Virus record (IMG/VR): IMGVR_UViG_3300045919_000635
Coordinates: 3,186-67,185 of that record
Reading direction: 5' to 3' (one strand)
From: a virus
DNA: 64,000 bases
Shown: positions 29,579 to 40,021 of the stretch, in pieces
Layout of the letters: every line of letters starts with the position of its first letter
Position numbering within the stretch: position 1 is the first letter of the stretch
Position numbers and translations under genes: made by a program
The notes under the pieces: model-generated
Told to the model about the DNA's origin: nothing
The model's input: only the letters and a program-made list of their open reading frames with translations
Database searches by the model: none

Positions 29579-30664
29579 CTACCAAACCTCCTGAGTAGGC
29601 ATCATCTGCTGTCTTTGCATGACGTGCGCTCTTTGCAAATCCTGCCCTAAGTTGGGATTTCCCGACTTCTGCGCTTCAATCCGCTGCCTCAATTGATCCA
29701 TCGGAGTTCCGCCCATACTAGCGCCAGGGATGGCGGGCATTGGCGGAACTTGGGAGCTAGGATTTATTAAGGTGGTCGCTGGCGTGTAAAAGCTTTGGCT
29801 GTCGGGAGTCCCACTAATAGGGGTTTTATTTTGCAACTGAGAGAACCAAATCTGGGAATGACCCCCGTTTACTCGCATGTACTCTTGCTCGTAAGCGTTT
29901 ATCAACTCGTTAAATTCATCCTTAATCCATTCTAAAGCGGGTTGCCCATCAGCCTTAATTGCCTTTTTCCATGCTAGGAATGACCAATAAATCAAGAATT
30001 CTGGGTCACAGAATTGAGTACAGATATAGTCAAGCGTCCTTTCGTGCGCGATCGCATCCCCTGCCCAAATTTGCGATATTTCCACAAATGGTAACAAGGT
30101 ATTGATTGTTTTATCCATCCACTCAATCTCTTGATTCAGCATCGCGTTAATCTGAACAAAAGGCACCAAAGCAGCAACCGCATCTTCCGCCGCATCAACA
30201 TGCTGATTCAATAAAACTGATGTTTCTACAAAAGGCATCAAAGTATTAATTAGTTGATACGACTTAGTATTTTCATCTATTGCCGCCGCAAACCCTGCCG
30301 CTAGTGTCGCCACTTGTTGCTGCAAACTAGCGATCGCGGAGGAGGGATCGAAGTTGGTCTGCGTATAAGGCAAGGAGGCTGGGGTCGATGTCGCCAACGC
30401 TGCCAACCGCCGTTCCTGTTCGGCTATCGTTTGCGCCGTTTGAGGTGCGAAGTTCTCCACCGAATACTGAGAGGGGGTAGCCGCCGCCTCCTGTTGCGGT
30501 TGCCCCTTTGCTGCCTCCTTCCCCCGCAATGCCTCCGCGAAGTTCAGGATTCTCGTAGCCTGATCTATAAAATCTCCCTGCGGCTGCATCGAAGATGCTT
30601 GAGGGTAGCCCCATGCTGGTGAGAACGGGGCTTGTGGGGATGTTCCTTGAAATAAGTTGTTCAT
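29579..30664 (-). CDS. Putative scaffolding protein
   Basis: Q/A/P-rich helical protein between portal and capsid, with an internal INTL.PFV repeat. Confidence 0.55.
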   Translation of the reverse strand: MNNLFQGTSPQAPFSPAWGYPQASSMQPQGDFIDQATRILNFAEALRGKEAAKGQPQQEAAATPSQYSVENFAPQTAQTIAEQERRLAALATSTPASLPYTQTNFDPSSAIASLQQQVATLAAGFAAAIDENTKSYQLINTLMPFVETSVLLNQHVDAAEDAVAALVPFVQINAMLNQEIEWMDKTINTLLPFVEISQIWAGDAIAHERTLDYICTQFCDPEFLIYWSFLAWKKAIKADGQPALEWIKDEFNELINAYEQEYMRVNGGHSQIWFSQLQNKTPISGTPDSQSFYTPATTLINPSSQVPPMPAIPGASMGGTPMDQLRQRIEAQKSGNPNLGQDLQRAHVMQRQQMMPTQEVW

Positions 30665-32522
30665 TTTCGGTTGTTATTGCTCCTGGATTTAATTGAGAAA
30701 TAATATCGGCTAATGCTAGTGGTTCTGAGTTGGCGGGTTCGTAAACTGGTCTTCCGTAAGATATCTCCTTATTTAAAGTCAACATTGCTTGCTCAACTAA
30801 TGCAGGCAATCCCAGAGAAACCCCCCACGGTGCCTTGGGATTCTTGGGGTCGGGTATCTGCATAAACTGGGAGAAAAGTTGCATTAATATTTGTAAACCT
30901 GCTGCCGCATTTTGAACAACGCGAGGAGAGAAACCAGACATGGCATTCTTGATTTCTTGGTCGGTCATGTTTGGATACTGTTTCCTCAGTACCCACTCTT
31001 GACTTAACCCGTCCTCTCTCTCGTTTCTGGCGCTTATACTTAGGTCAAGCTGTTCCCGCGTCGTATTATTAAACACTTCACGAGTAAAACGCCAAATTAC
31101 AGTGCGATCGCCACCCGGTACAATTCCGATATTCGTATCAGGCAGCGGTAATTTACGTTCTTTCTTCATCTGCCACAATGCCTGAGAGATATCGTCAGTC
31201 AACTGGTCGAGAGAAGTTAAAGCCGCAAATTCACGGGCATAATTAGTTTTTAAAGTAGCGAACAACCAGGATTTAAATATCCTTTCTTCCCTTTCTAATA
31301 TCCGCTCAAAAACTTTAGCGAGTCCCGTATGCCCATACAAAGCCTCAGCTTTTTTATCTGCGGTATTTTGCACCCTCCCAAAAAGCGTTTTCACCTCCCC
31401 AAAAGTGGCACCGGCGGAAATGCCCGAAAGTGGATCTACTCCTCCTAATATCCAGTGAATTAATTCCCGAAGTTGTCGTATCCACAAGTTTTGGTCGCCA
31501 GAAACTGGATCAGCTTGAATAAAAGCAAACCGTTCCCCATCCCCCACATTGCCAAAAATTGTATCTAAACTCCCTTCGGAAGTGTTCGCTTGCCACATTC
31601 CCTGTGGCGATCGCTGCATTCCCCAGCTAGGCACATCAACTGGATTAGTCGAACCAGAGTAATTTCCCCCTCCTAAATCAACATAACGATTAGCACTTGC
31701 CCAAGTATTACTCCACCCCGATGCTTGCTGCATTACTTCGTTAGCACTGCGGGTAGTAATGAGGATGGGGTTACTGAACATCCGCAAATTCTTGTGTGCC
31801 TTTTCTACCAAGACCTCGTGTGTCTCAATCAATCCTTGGTGCAAGTAAAAATCATCGCTGCCTTGTTGCCCCAGTTGCCGGGAATTATTCTTGCTTAAAA
31901 CAATTGGCAGATGTGGCTTGAAAGGATTCTCATATTTCTGCGATCGCTCCATCCAAGCAAATTCGCTGTCTCCTTGGGGGCTATATGTAGCAAAACTCCC
32001 CCCATTAAATGATGCATCGAATTGTGGCTTAATTAACGATTCTGACTGATTTATCCAATCAGCCGTAATAATAATCTTTACCCACCGTTGCTGTTTAATC
32101 AGCGTTCCCGGTGTTTCGTTTTCGTAAGAATATCTAACAAATACTTTTTCAATTTCTCGCCCACCCAACTTGTAATAAATCTTAAATTGGGGGTCTGGGT
32201 GATTCAGTCCACCCGTGAAAAATTCAATTTGGTACATTCCCAAGTTTTCATTGTCTGGCGTGAAATACCATAGAACTTCACCCCGACTAACGAAGGAATC
32301 CATAATAAAGTCAAGTCTATGTTGTAAAGAATTGTGTTGCCAAAGCCTAGTAAAAAGCTTCATCCTTGCCCCGCTCTCATCCTGAAGGGGGCGCATTTCT
32401 ACATTTCCGCCTCTTACCCCCCATTCCCGCATTTGAGCGCAATGCAAAGCTACTACAGTACTCTGGCTGCCTGAAGTGCCATCGCGATCTAAAATTGCTT
32501 TGATTTGGGTTTCTAAAGCCAA
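30327..32522 (-). CDS. Portal protein
   Basis: Size and first position in the head operon. Motifs GEVLWYF, P+VLSKN...GSDDF, LGGVD..GISAGATFGEVKTLFGRV..TA.KK...LY..GL. Confidence 0.75.
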   Translation of the reverse strand: MALETQIKAILDRDGTSGSQSTVVALHCAQMREWGVRGGNVEMRPLQDESGARMKLFTRLWQHNSLQHRLDFIMDSFVSRGEVLWYFTPDNENLGMYQIEFFTGGLNHPDPQFKIYYKLGGREIEKVFVRYSYENETPGTLIKQQRWVKIIITADWINQSESLIKPQFDASFNGGSFATYSPQGDSEFAWMERSQKYENPFKPHLPIVLSKNNSRQLGQQGSDDFYLHQGLIETHEVLVEKAHKNLRMFSNPILITTRSANEVMQQASGWSNTWASANRYVDLGGGNYSGSTNPVDVPSWGMQRSPQGMWQANTSEGSLDTIFGNVGDGERFAFIQADPVSGDQNLWIRQLRELIHWILGGVDPLSGISAGATFGEVKTLFGRVQNTADKKAEALYGHTGLAKVFERILEREERIFKSWLFATLKTNYAREFAALTSLDQLTDDISQALWQMKKERKLPLPDTNIGIVPGGDRTVIWRFTREVFNNTTREQLDLSISARNEREDGLSQEWVLRKQYPNMTDQEIKNAMSGFSPRVVQNAAAGLQILMQLFSQFMQIPDPKNPKAPWGVSLGLPALVEQAMLTLNKEISYGRPVYEPANSEPLALADIISQLNPGAITTENEQLISRNIPTSPVLTSMGLPSSIFDAAAGRFYRSGYENPELRGGIAGEGGSKGATATGGGGYPLSVFGGELRTSNGANDSRTGTAVGSVGDIDPSLLALYADQLRSLLRDR

Positions 32523-32626
32523 TTAACTAAGTGGAATTAAGTGTACGCTAACTATAAAGTATAGAGTATTCAGTAAATTTATTTTCTTGCTCATTTACAC
32601 TGAAATGATGTATTTCACGCTAATGC

Positions 32627-32935
32627 ATGGTTAACAATATTATGGCTTCAGTAAATATTCGCAAACCAGTAGAATTCCCATTACCAGAAGAGGAAGAAAT
32701 TTTTGGGGAAGACTCCCCTAGCGGTCGAGTTGCTTACAATATTTATATTCATAGATGCCGTCTAGGATGGAGTCAGAAAGAGTTAGCTGATTATGCGAAT
32801 GCCTTTAAACTTGCTAGATTCTCTCAGCAAAAAATAAGTCAAATTGAAAACCGACAAGCATCGCCAAAGTTTTTAGAAGTTGCTGCGATCGCCCGTGCAA
32901 TGAGTTGTCAATTAGCAGAGTTTGATGTCCAATAA
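32627..32935 (+). CDS. XRE-family HTH regulator
   Basis: R.RLGWSQKELA......SQQKISQIEN....P....V.AIARAM. Confidence 0.85.
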   Translation: MVNNIMASVNIRKPVEFPLPEEEEIFGEDSPSGRVAYNIYIHRCRLGWSQKELADYANAFKLARFSQQKISQIENRQASPKFLEVAAIARAMSCQLAEFDVQ

Positions 32936-33107
32936 TTCAAGCCCCCAAGTTGTAATAGTTCCCGTGTATCAAACCGATACGCGGCTATTAGGAGTAACCC
33001 GCTATGCTCTTTTTGGGATTGGCAAGAGCGGAAATTTATTTGGTTTAACTAGAAAAAGCCTGTTTGGTTAAAATGCTATAAACCGCCTAACTTATGATGC
33101 GATCGCA

Positions 33108-33431
33108 CTATTCCAGTAGTTTCTGTTCAACTACTTGTTCGGCTGCAACTTCTAAAACATCAACAGCAAACCAATGAGCATCACAATTGCCTTCAGCATT
33201 TAATGGATGATGATAAACTATCAAATACATTGGCGATTCACCAACCCATTTTCCGCCACCAGGACGAGGGTCATCCGGCTTGATTAATCCATTGAATACA
33301 ATCCTACCTTTGGGGTGTAAATACGTGGCTGGTGCGCCATCTTCGTCAGTTGTCCACACTGTAACTTCGGTACAATCTTCAATTGCTTTTAATAATTTTT
33401 GAGCGGCAATAGGAATTGAGTTAGTTAACAT
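33108..33431 (-). CDS. Hypothetical protein
   Basis: 107-aa ORF. Confidence 0.5.
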   Translation of the reverse strand: MLTNSIPIAAQKLLKAIEDCTEVTVWTTDEDGAPATYLHPKGRIVFNGLIKPDDPRPGGGKWVGESPMYLIVYHHPLNAEGNCDAHWFAVDVLEVAAEQVVEQKLLE

Positions 33432-33432
33432 A

Positions 33433-34041
33433 TCAAAGTTCTATAAAGCTAACTATAGTGTTTTGACTAACATCAACTTTTAACCCGTAATATTCTTCTA
33501 TTGTTGATGTTCCAGAAATAAAATAGGGGGTAGAGAAAAGTTTTTGCTTTAATTTAATGTAATCTCTTTGCGTTACAACTAATCGACGAGGGGGTAAATT
33601 ATTGCTTTTAAATATTTCAATAACATTATAAATACTCTCTGCTAGCTTGTCTGGAGTATTACCGTAAACGGCTATTCTGCACCATTCCCCATAACTTGGT
33701 TCCATCCAAGAAACTCTATTAACATCTAAAGGCAATGGATAAACATGATAATGATTGATAGTACTATGCTCGTGTTTGATTGCGATCGCTTGCGCCCCAT
33801 ACTCAGGTTTCAACCAACCAAATTGTAAATTTGAAGGTAGCAAAGATTTAAAATAATCCCATCCAGACTTAGGAATATGATAGTAGCGCTCGTCCTTGGT
33901 GCTTTCAGTTTTCGTTGTTATTTTAATATCCTTACTAAGAAAGTTAACCAAAATCTGATATCGATCAATTCTGCTATAACGGTCAACTTCTCTCATTGAT
34001 TCAGCGTAATCATATCCCAGTGTTAATCTTATTGGTTCCAT
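33433..34041 (-). CDS. Hypothetical protein
   Basis: 202-aa ORF transcribed head-to-head with the tail module. Confidence 0.55.
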   Translation of the reverse strand: MEPIRLTLGYDYAESMREVDRYSRIDRYQILVNFLSKDIKITTKTESTKDERYYHIPKSGWDYFKSLLPSNLQFGWLKPEYGAQAIAIKHEHSTINHYHVYPLPLDVNRVSWMEPSYGEWCRIAVYGNTPDKLAESIYNVIEIFKSNNLPPRRLVVTQRDYIKLKQKLFSTPYFISGTSTIEEYYGLKVDVSQNTIVSFIEL

Positions 34042-34043
34042 AC

Positions 34044-35357
34044 ATGCCTAGACGATCTGGTATCGGTTCAAGTAATAACGATGATTTTAACTTTAAGAAG
34101 TCGCAAATTCCCAAGGTTCAAAAACTGGAACAATTGCGACCAGGCGATCGCACTTCTTTCTACTTACGTCCCAATAAAACTTTATACCCAAAAGACCCAT
34201 GTGACAACCTCCATATAAACGATGTACCTAGTTTATTAAATAAAAAGGGGAGACAGCCAGGGGAGATTATTCAATATGATCCAGTTCAAGAAAAGAACTA
34301 TTTATCAATTTCGGCAAGGTACGAGCGATCGCTTTACTTAATCCCCGCAAATGTTGAAAAACGCGGCAACACAATTATTTACTCGTTTTGTTCATCTGGT
34401 TCCCCTACTGGATACTGGGAAGTTGCGGTAACAGGAGGCGCAACAACTCTAACTTTCGTCAACCCAATTTTAACAATTATCTGCCCGCGTCCCTTCCAAC
34501 TCAAGGATTTTACCGAAATAGATACAGACGCAGAATTTATCCTTTGGGAACAACTGCAAGGACGCACAGCTATAATTTTCCCGAAGAGTGGGGATGGCAG
34601 CTTAAACCCCTATATCAGCATCACTGGCGCTCCTTCTGACTTAGATCCCCCAATCTTAATTAAGGGGGACGCGGAGGCAGATGCAACCGTCACAGATACG
34701 CTATTAATTTACACTTCCCCCACTAGCAATTATTCGGGAACTACGTTTTCAGAAGTTGGGGAAGTGCAGCCAAGATGTTATTCTCCTCTCCCGTACCTTG
34801 CCCCCACGTCGTATCAATCAGTGTATGTATATGACTCTCGTTCGCTTTCCCTAACTTGGTTAAATCCTGAGTGCGATCGCGGCTATGTTGTCAGTTATAA
34901 ATTGCTGCAAAATACTACGGGTGAGTATGTGGCGTTGGCGACTCTAAGCAAGGAAGAAAATCGACTAGTTGAAATTCAACCAAATATACATTACAGAATT
35001 GAAACAACTTTTGAATATCGAGAAAAGCAAATATTAAAACGTAGTGATTTAATCTATTTCCCCTATAGTGAAACCAGCTTTATTAAAAACATCTTCGGGG
35101 ATGATTCTATTCGCGGGTTTGCTTTTTCTGCCGTGGAATCAGTTTCCTCTAAAATAGATTTGAAGGTGACGACGCTACTCTATGAAGATTCTTGTAGCTC
35201 CACACCATCATTCAGTTATGTAGAGAATACTTATTCTCAAGTCGAATTATCAGCAAATAGACAAATATTAGAAGATAGCTACAACGCCCAATTATCTTAT
35301 ACTTTTATCGAAAATAAAATTACCAAAGTTGATTTAGGAGGCGTAATAATTGGCTAA
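34044..35357 (+). CDS. Putative tail/structural protein (Ig/FN3-like segments)
   Basis: Likely start MPRRSGIG. SLSLTWLNP...VVSYKL FN3-like motif. Confidence 0.5.
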   Translation: MPRRSGIGSSNNDDFNFKKSQIPKVQKLEQLRPGDRTSFYLRPNKTLYPKDPCDNLHINDVPSLLNKKGRQPGEIIQYDPVQEKNYLSISARYERSLYLIPANVEKRGNTIIYSFCSSGSPTGYWEVAVTGGATTLTFVNPILTIICPRPFQLKDFTEIDTDAEFILWEQLQGRTAIIFPKSGDGSLNPYISITGAPSDLDPPILIKGDAEADATVTDTLLIYTSPTSNYSGTTFSEVGEVQPRCYSPLPYLAPTSYQSVYVYDSRSLSLTWLNPECDRGYVVSYKLLQNTTGEYVALATLSKEENRLVEIQPNIHYRIETTFEYREKQILKRSDLIYFPYSETSFIKNIFGDDSIRGFAFSAVESVSSKIDLKVTTLLYEDSCSSTPSFSYVENTYSQVELSANRQILEDSYNAQLSYTFIENKITKVDLGGVIIG

Positions 35358-37983
35358 CACGGAAGGAAGAGGGAAGAGGGAAGAGGGAAGAAGGTTGAGT
35401 GAAGGAGAAAGAAATCATCCTTCTTCCTCCTTCCTCCTTCCTACGAACTTCATTATCAAAGGAGAAATAGAAATAGTAAAAACTAACTTTATCACGGGTG
35501 AAGTTACAACAATTACCCAAGAGAATTTAATCCCAGATAATACCTTATTAGAATTGTTAAGCTGGGATGTTCCTAATAATTATTTTGGCAGTAAGAAGAT
35601 TTCTATCTCCTCACAAACTGATTCCCCAAGTTACGGGAATGCGACAGTAGCTGACATTATTGCCACCGGGTATGTACCAAGTAGTATCACATCTCCTATT
35701 TGGATTGAATCCGTAGAACCCCCTTACGGCATTATCAAAAATAGAATTGATTTTATCGGGTTAGCGCGAACATTTTACACGGTTGCGTTAACTACCCTAA
35801 GTTCAAACAATGACGCCCCAAACGAAACAACAACGGCATCCGCTTACTTATTGCTGACACTCCCCTGTACCCAAGGAGAGTTTGAATATTTGGATATTCA
35901 ATACCGCATCCAATTTTTAAGTAGTGGTGGGCAGAAGTTTATTAATGAAAAATTAGCCCGTTACGACTTCGGCAGAGAGTGCTTTAACCCATCCCCAAGC
36001 GACAATCTCGGATTCAGAATATCGTGGCTGTATGCATCCTTGTTTACCCCTCCACAGTCAATTTATGCGATCCTTTCCCCAAGTGGAAAAAGGGTAGCGC
36101 GATCGCCTTCTGCGAATATCGAAGAACAACCATTTTGGACGTCAGGGATAAGAATTGACAGCCATTATAAATGGAAATATTTGCTTGCATTGACTAGGGA
36201 TGAATCCATAGGGCAGATTTTCAACTTAATGTCCCAAGGAGTCAGTAACGACGGCTTTTCGGCTTACGCTTACTCCAAATTTAGCTATGTGGGGGAACCA
36301 TTTCAAACGGGTTTTTGGCATTCAGAAGCGGCAAACAAGCCATTTTTTGACCCCACTTTCGCAGCTGCTAGCGGGGGCAAGATTTATTTAGGAGGGACTT
36401 GGAACGGGAGTTTCCCAGAACTTTACAAAGTCATAATTGCTGGCAGCGGTGCCACTGGGGTTGCCACTTACAAGTTTTCGATGTTGAAGCATTTAGGGTT
36501 TATTGGCAACTCTTTCAATTCCCAAGATACTAGCTGCCCCTTCATCCAAACGGCATTGCAACCCGCAGAAAATGTACATGGATGGAGGGAAGAAAACTTT
36601 GATAAGCACCGTTACAGCAACACCCAAATTGTGCAGTACGACGATAACGGCGTTACTTTGCTTAATACTTTTAATGGCGATCGCACCAACTGGGAAACCT
36701 CCACAACCCCACCCCTAAATGCAACCCAAATTAGGCAGATAGCAGTTGATTCAACTAATAATAAAATTTACGTTGGTTGTCGTCAAACGGGATTATGGAC
36801 AATTAATGTTACTGCAAATACTGTTACTTTAACTGTGCCTACTCCTTGCTACGGTGTCGATGTGGGGAGAAATGACGTCGCGATCGCACTACTTCAAGGA
36901 GGACTATTTACTAGTAGCAATTGGGCAGTTCCCGTAACTTTTACTTATTCTGGGATAACAGATGGCAACTGGAATAAAGTTCAATTCCTCAAGGCAGATT
37001 CAGAAAATGTCAATGATAATATTGCTATTGTAATTGAGGACGGTAGCGCAAACAAAGTTGTTTGGTACGATTTTACATCTACTACTGCCACCACGGGTTA
37101 CGCCGGAGATATCCCCAAATACTGCGCGGCTTTAGACTGTTCCGATAGTGGTGGTGTTTGGTTTTTTGCAAATACAAACGATGCTAATTTATCACGCATC
37201 CATTTTGGCGACAACTCGGTAGAAATTAACAGATATAACGGACTAGGCAAAACTTTCATTCACTCACTTTACAGTTATTCATATTATCAAAAAGTCTGTT
37301 TTTACCAAAAACTAATTTACACTTTCAACGCATTGCAAGACGCGGACGATTCCGGCAATGATATTGATTATCCCAACATTGCCAATACTATTTATGCCAT
37401 ATATTTAGATACCGGGATAACCCTATTTGGAAAAGTATTAAGACAAGCATTTAATGATTCTGCATTTAAATGGCTTGATTACGGATGGAATGGCACTAAC
37501 TGGGTAAAAGATAACCCCGGAAGCAAAACAACCCACATCACAGCAGACACAATTCTTAATGGTTTAACTATTCGATTCCAAGATGGGGATACGGCACAAC
37601 AATTCGTAATAACAGACGAATTTACCCAAGGGGTTAACTACGGGCTATTGAAAGACAACGCGACATCAATTGATAGCTACATTTCCCAGTGGTACACCCG
37701 CGAAGTTATTTTTGATGCTGTTTCTAGTGCCACCATCCCCAGCGCTGCCCCTTACACCCTTACACTGAGTGCAGCAAGCCTACCGCTATTTCTCCGAATA
37801 GAAACCGACACACCCCAACTGCATGAATTCAAGATTATGTCAATATTGGTTGCAGCAGTATATGTAAATGGGGAACCGCCTGCACCGAATGAAGTTGCGA
37901 TCAATTCCAACGGGATTGTGACATTCAATGCTGCCGACGCTGGTAAAACTTTTAACGCAAAATACACTTATATAAAAATATGA
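35350..37983 (+). CDS. Large putative tail protein with beta-propeller region
   Basis: 877 aa. ITQENLIPD start motif and QIAVDS.NNKIYVG..TGLW propeller blades. Confidence 0.6.
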   Translation: MANTEGRGKREEGRRLSEGERNHPSSSFLLPTNFIIKGEIEIVKTNFITGEVTTITQENLIPDNTLLELLSWDVPNNYFGSKKISISSQTDSPSYGNATVADIIATGYVPSSITSPIWIESVEPPYGIIKNRIDFIGLARTFYTVALTTLSSNNDAPNETTTASAYLLLTLPCTQGEFEYLDIQYRIQFLSSGGQKFINEKLARYDFGRECFNPSPSDNLGFRISWLYASLFTPPQSIYAILSPSGKRVARSPSANIEEQPFWTSGIRIDSHYKWKYLLALTRDESIGQIFNLMSQGVSNDGFSAYAYSKFSYVGEPFQTGFWHSEAANKPFFDPTFAAASGGKIYLGGTWNGSFPELYKVIIAGSGATGVATYKFSMLKHLGFIGNSFNSQDTSCPFIQTALQPAENVHGWREENFDKHRYSNTQIVQYDDNGVTLLNTFNGDRTNWETSTTPPLNATQIRQIAVDSTNNKIYVGCRQTGLWTINVTANTVTLTVPTPCYGVDVGRNDVAIALLQGGLFTSSNWAVPVTFTYSGITDGNWNKVQFLKADSENVNDNIAIVIEDGSANKVVWYDFTSTTATTGYAGDIPKYCAALDCSDSGGVWFFANTNDANLSRIHFGDNSVEINRYNGLGKTFIHSLYSYSYYQKVCFYQKLIYTFNALQDADDSGNDIDYPNIANTIYAIYLDTGITLFGKVLRQAFNDSAFKWLDYGWNGTNWVKDNPGSKTTHITADTILNGLTIRFQDGDTAQQFVITDEFTQGVNYGLLKDNATSIDSYISQWYTREVIFDAVSSATIPSAAPYTLTLSAASLPLFLRIETDTPQLHEFKIMSILVAAVYVNGEPPAPNEVAINSNGIVTFNAADAGKTFNAKYTYIKI

Positions 37984-39992
37984 CAATTCCTCCAGAGTAT
38001 CAAAAAGCTGGTTACAGAACAATTTACGGAGACGATGAGGCGAAGCTGGCGATCGCGCAAAAGGAGATAGTTGGTAGTGGCGGCGGTGGCAGCGGTGGTG
38101 GTGATGCCAGCGCTGATAATCAAACTATTGAGATAACGAAGCTTACTTCAATTGATACTAAATTTCCTATTCAAGGGCAAGCGTTACCCGCTGCATCTAT
38201 ACCCGTAGTTTTACCGGCTGCACAAATTACAAGTCTTACGCCTTTAAGCAGTATAAGTGTCAGCAACTTTCCTTCTACTCAAAATGTAACTTTTAGTAAT
38301 AGCTCTATACAAGTATCAAGCTTGCCAGCTTTAGCAACAGGAGCAAACGCAATTGGAAGTATAACTAATACTTCATTTGCTAGTACTCAATCTGGTACTT
38401 GGAATGTTAATAACATTTCGGGAACTATTAGTTTGCCAACATTAGCTGCAACATCGACTTTGCAAGCTACGGGCAATACTTCATTAGGCAGTATTGATAC
38501 TAAAATTCCGACATCTATTAATAGTAGGTTGCCAATTACATCTATTGCTGATAGTTTAATCGTTACAGGTTCTGCAAATAGCTTGAACGGAGACGTGATC
38601 GCTAGTACAGATATTAGTAATTACAGCAGTTTAATTCTACAGCTTACCGGAATTTGGGTTGCAACAGTATATATTCAATTTTCTAATGATAATAGTAACT
38701 GGCAAACAGGGACAGCTTCACAAATTGGATTAGGTGCTACCACGCCATTTCTTATAACTGGAAATGGCATATACTGCTTTCCCAGACAAGGAAAATATTT
38801 CAGAGCAAGGCTTATTAGCTATATCTCTGGCACTACATCAGGAACTTTATTCCTGAGTAATGATACAGCAGAGCATATCAAAACTGTAGCGCCTATCAGT
38901 GTGGCATCTCAACAACAAACTTTTTATGATTCTGTTACAGCAAAACTTCCAAGTGCTGTGAGTGGCGATCGCATTAAAGCAAATACTGTTGGCGCAACTT
39001 TAGATTTATCTGGTTCGGCTTCAGCAATCAATACTGATGTAATTGCCTCTACAGATATTTCTGATTACAGTTGGGTTTGCTTTCAGCTAACTGGAACTTG
39101 GGTTGCAAATATCCAAGTTCAGTTCTCTTACGATAACGTTAATTTCCAAGCTTGTTACTTTTACAACACTAGTGGCGTAACTATTCTCAACCTTTCTACT
39201 GCTGCGATTTACGCTGTTCCCAAGCAAGGCAAATATTTTAAACTTCGCATAGTTTCGTATACTTCTGGTACTGTTGTTGCTACTGGGCAAGCTACTAACA
39301 ACGCACCAGCTATACTGCCGATTCAAACAGTAGCTTTTAATACGGCTCAAAACGTTACACTTACTTCAGCCGTTGTTGATACGGAATTGCCAGCAGCTAT
39401 ATCTTTAGGGGATACTATAGCCCCAAGCTCATCTCCTACTATTGGAAATATTACTTACGCTTACAATACTACAACTAGTTTGTATACACGAATTAAAAGT
39501 AGTAATAATGGATTATTTATAGATGGAAGTAATTTCACACAATCTATTTCTGCAAGTAGCTTACCTCTCCCTACATTAGCTGCAACTAGCACTTTACAAA
39601 CCACTGGAAATACTTCCTTAAGTACAATTCAGCAGCGCTTAATGCCTGCGGGGAGTAGTAGTACTTTATATATTTCAATGGGTACTGCTGTTAGTGGAAA
39701 TCTTAAAGCTTCTGCGGGAAATGTTTATGCCTTAGATTGCATAAACGTAAGCACCGGATTAAGATTTCTTCAACTATTTGATAGTACCGCTGCACCAACG
39801 GCAGGAGCAGTACCGAAGATTCCACCTTTTCCAATTCCAGCCAATAATGGATTGCTGTTAGTTGGGCAAGATGTTTTAGGTGGAGAAGGAATTAATTTTA
39901 CAACTGGAATTAGCTTTGGAATTTCTACAACTGCTCTAACTTATACTGCTGCAACAGCAACAGATGTAGCGGTAAGCATTAGATATGCCTAA
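37980..39992 (+). CDS. Tail fibre/spike-like S/T-rich protein with duplicated domain
   Basis: Two copies of DVIASTDIS.YS...QLTG.WVA..QFS.DN..Q...QGKYF..R..SY.SGT and two of LPTLAATSTLQ.TGNTSL. Confidence 0.65.
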   Translation: MTIPPEYQKAGYRTIYGDDEAKLAIAQKEIVGSGGGGSGGGDASADNQTIEITKLTSIDTKFPIQGQALPAASIPVVLPAAQITSLTPLSSISVSNFPSTQNVTFSNSSIQVSSLPALATGANAIGSITNTSFASTQSGTWNVNNISGTISLPTLAATSTLQATGNTSLGSIDTKIPTSINSRLPITSIADSLIVTGSANSLNGDVIASTDISNYSSLILQLTGIWVATVYIQFSNDNSNWQTGTASQIGLGATTPFLITGNGIYCFPRQGKYFRARLISYISGTTSGTLFLSNDTAEHIKTVAPISVASQQQTFYDSVTAKLPSAVSGDRIKANTVGATLDLSGSASAINTDVIASTDISDYSWVCFQLTGTWVANIQVQFSYDNVNFQACYFYNTSGVTILNLSTAAIYAVPKQGKYFKLRIVSYTSGTVVATGQATNNAPAILPIQTVAFNTAQNVTLTSAVVDTELPAAISLGDTIAPSSSPTIGNITYAYNTTTSLYTRIKSSNNGLFIDGSNFTQSISASSLPLPTLAATSTLQTTGNTSLSTIQQRLMPAGSSSTLYISMGTAVSGNLKASAGNVYALDCINVSTGLRFLQLFDSTAAPTAGAVPKIPPFPIPANNGLLLVGQDVLGGEGINFTTGISFGISTTALTYTAATATDVAVSIRYA

Positions 39993-40021
39993 TTATTTTA
40001 TAACTTTATTGATAAATTATT

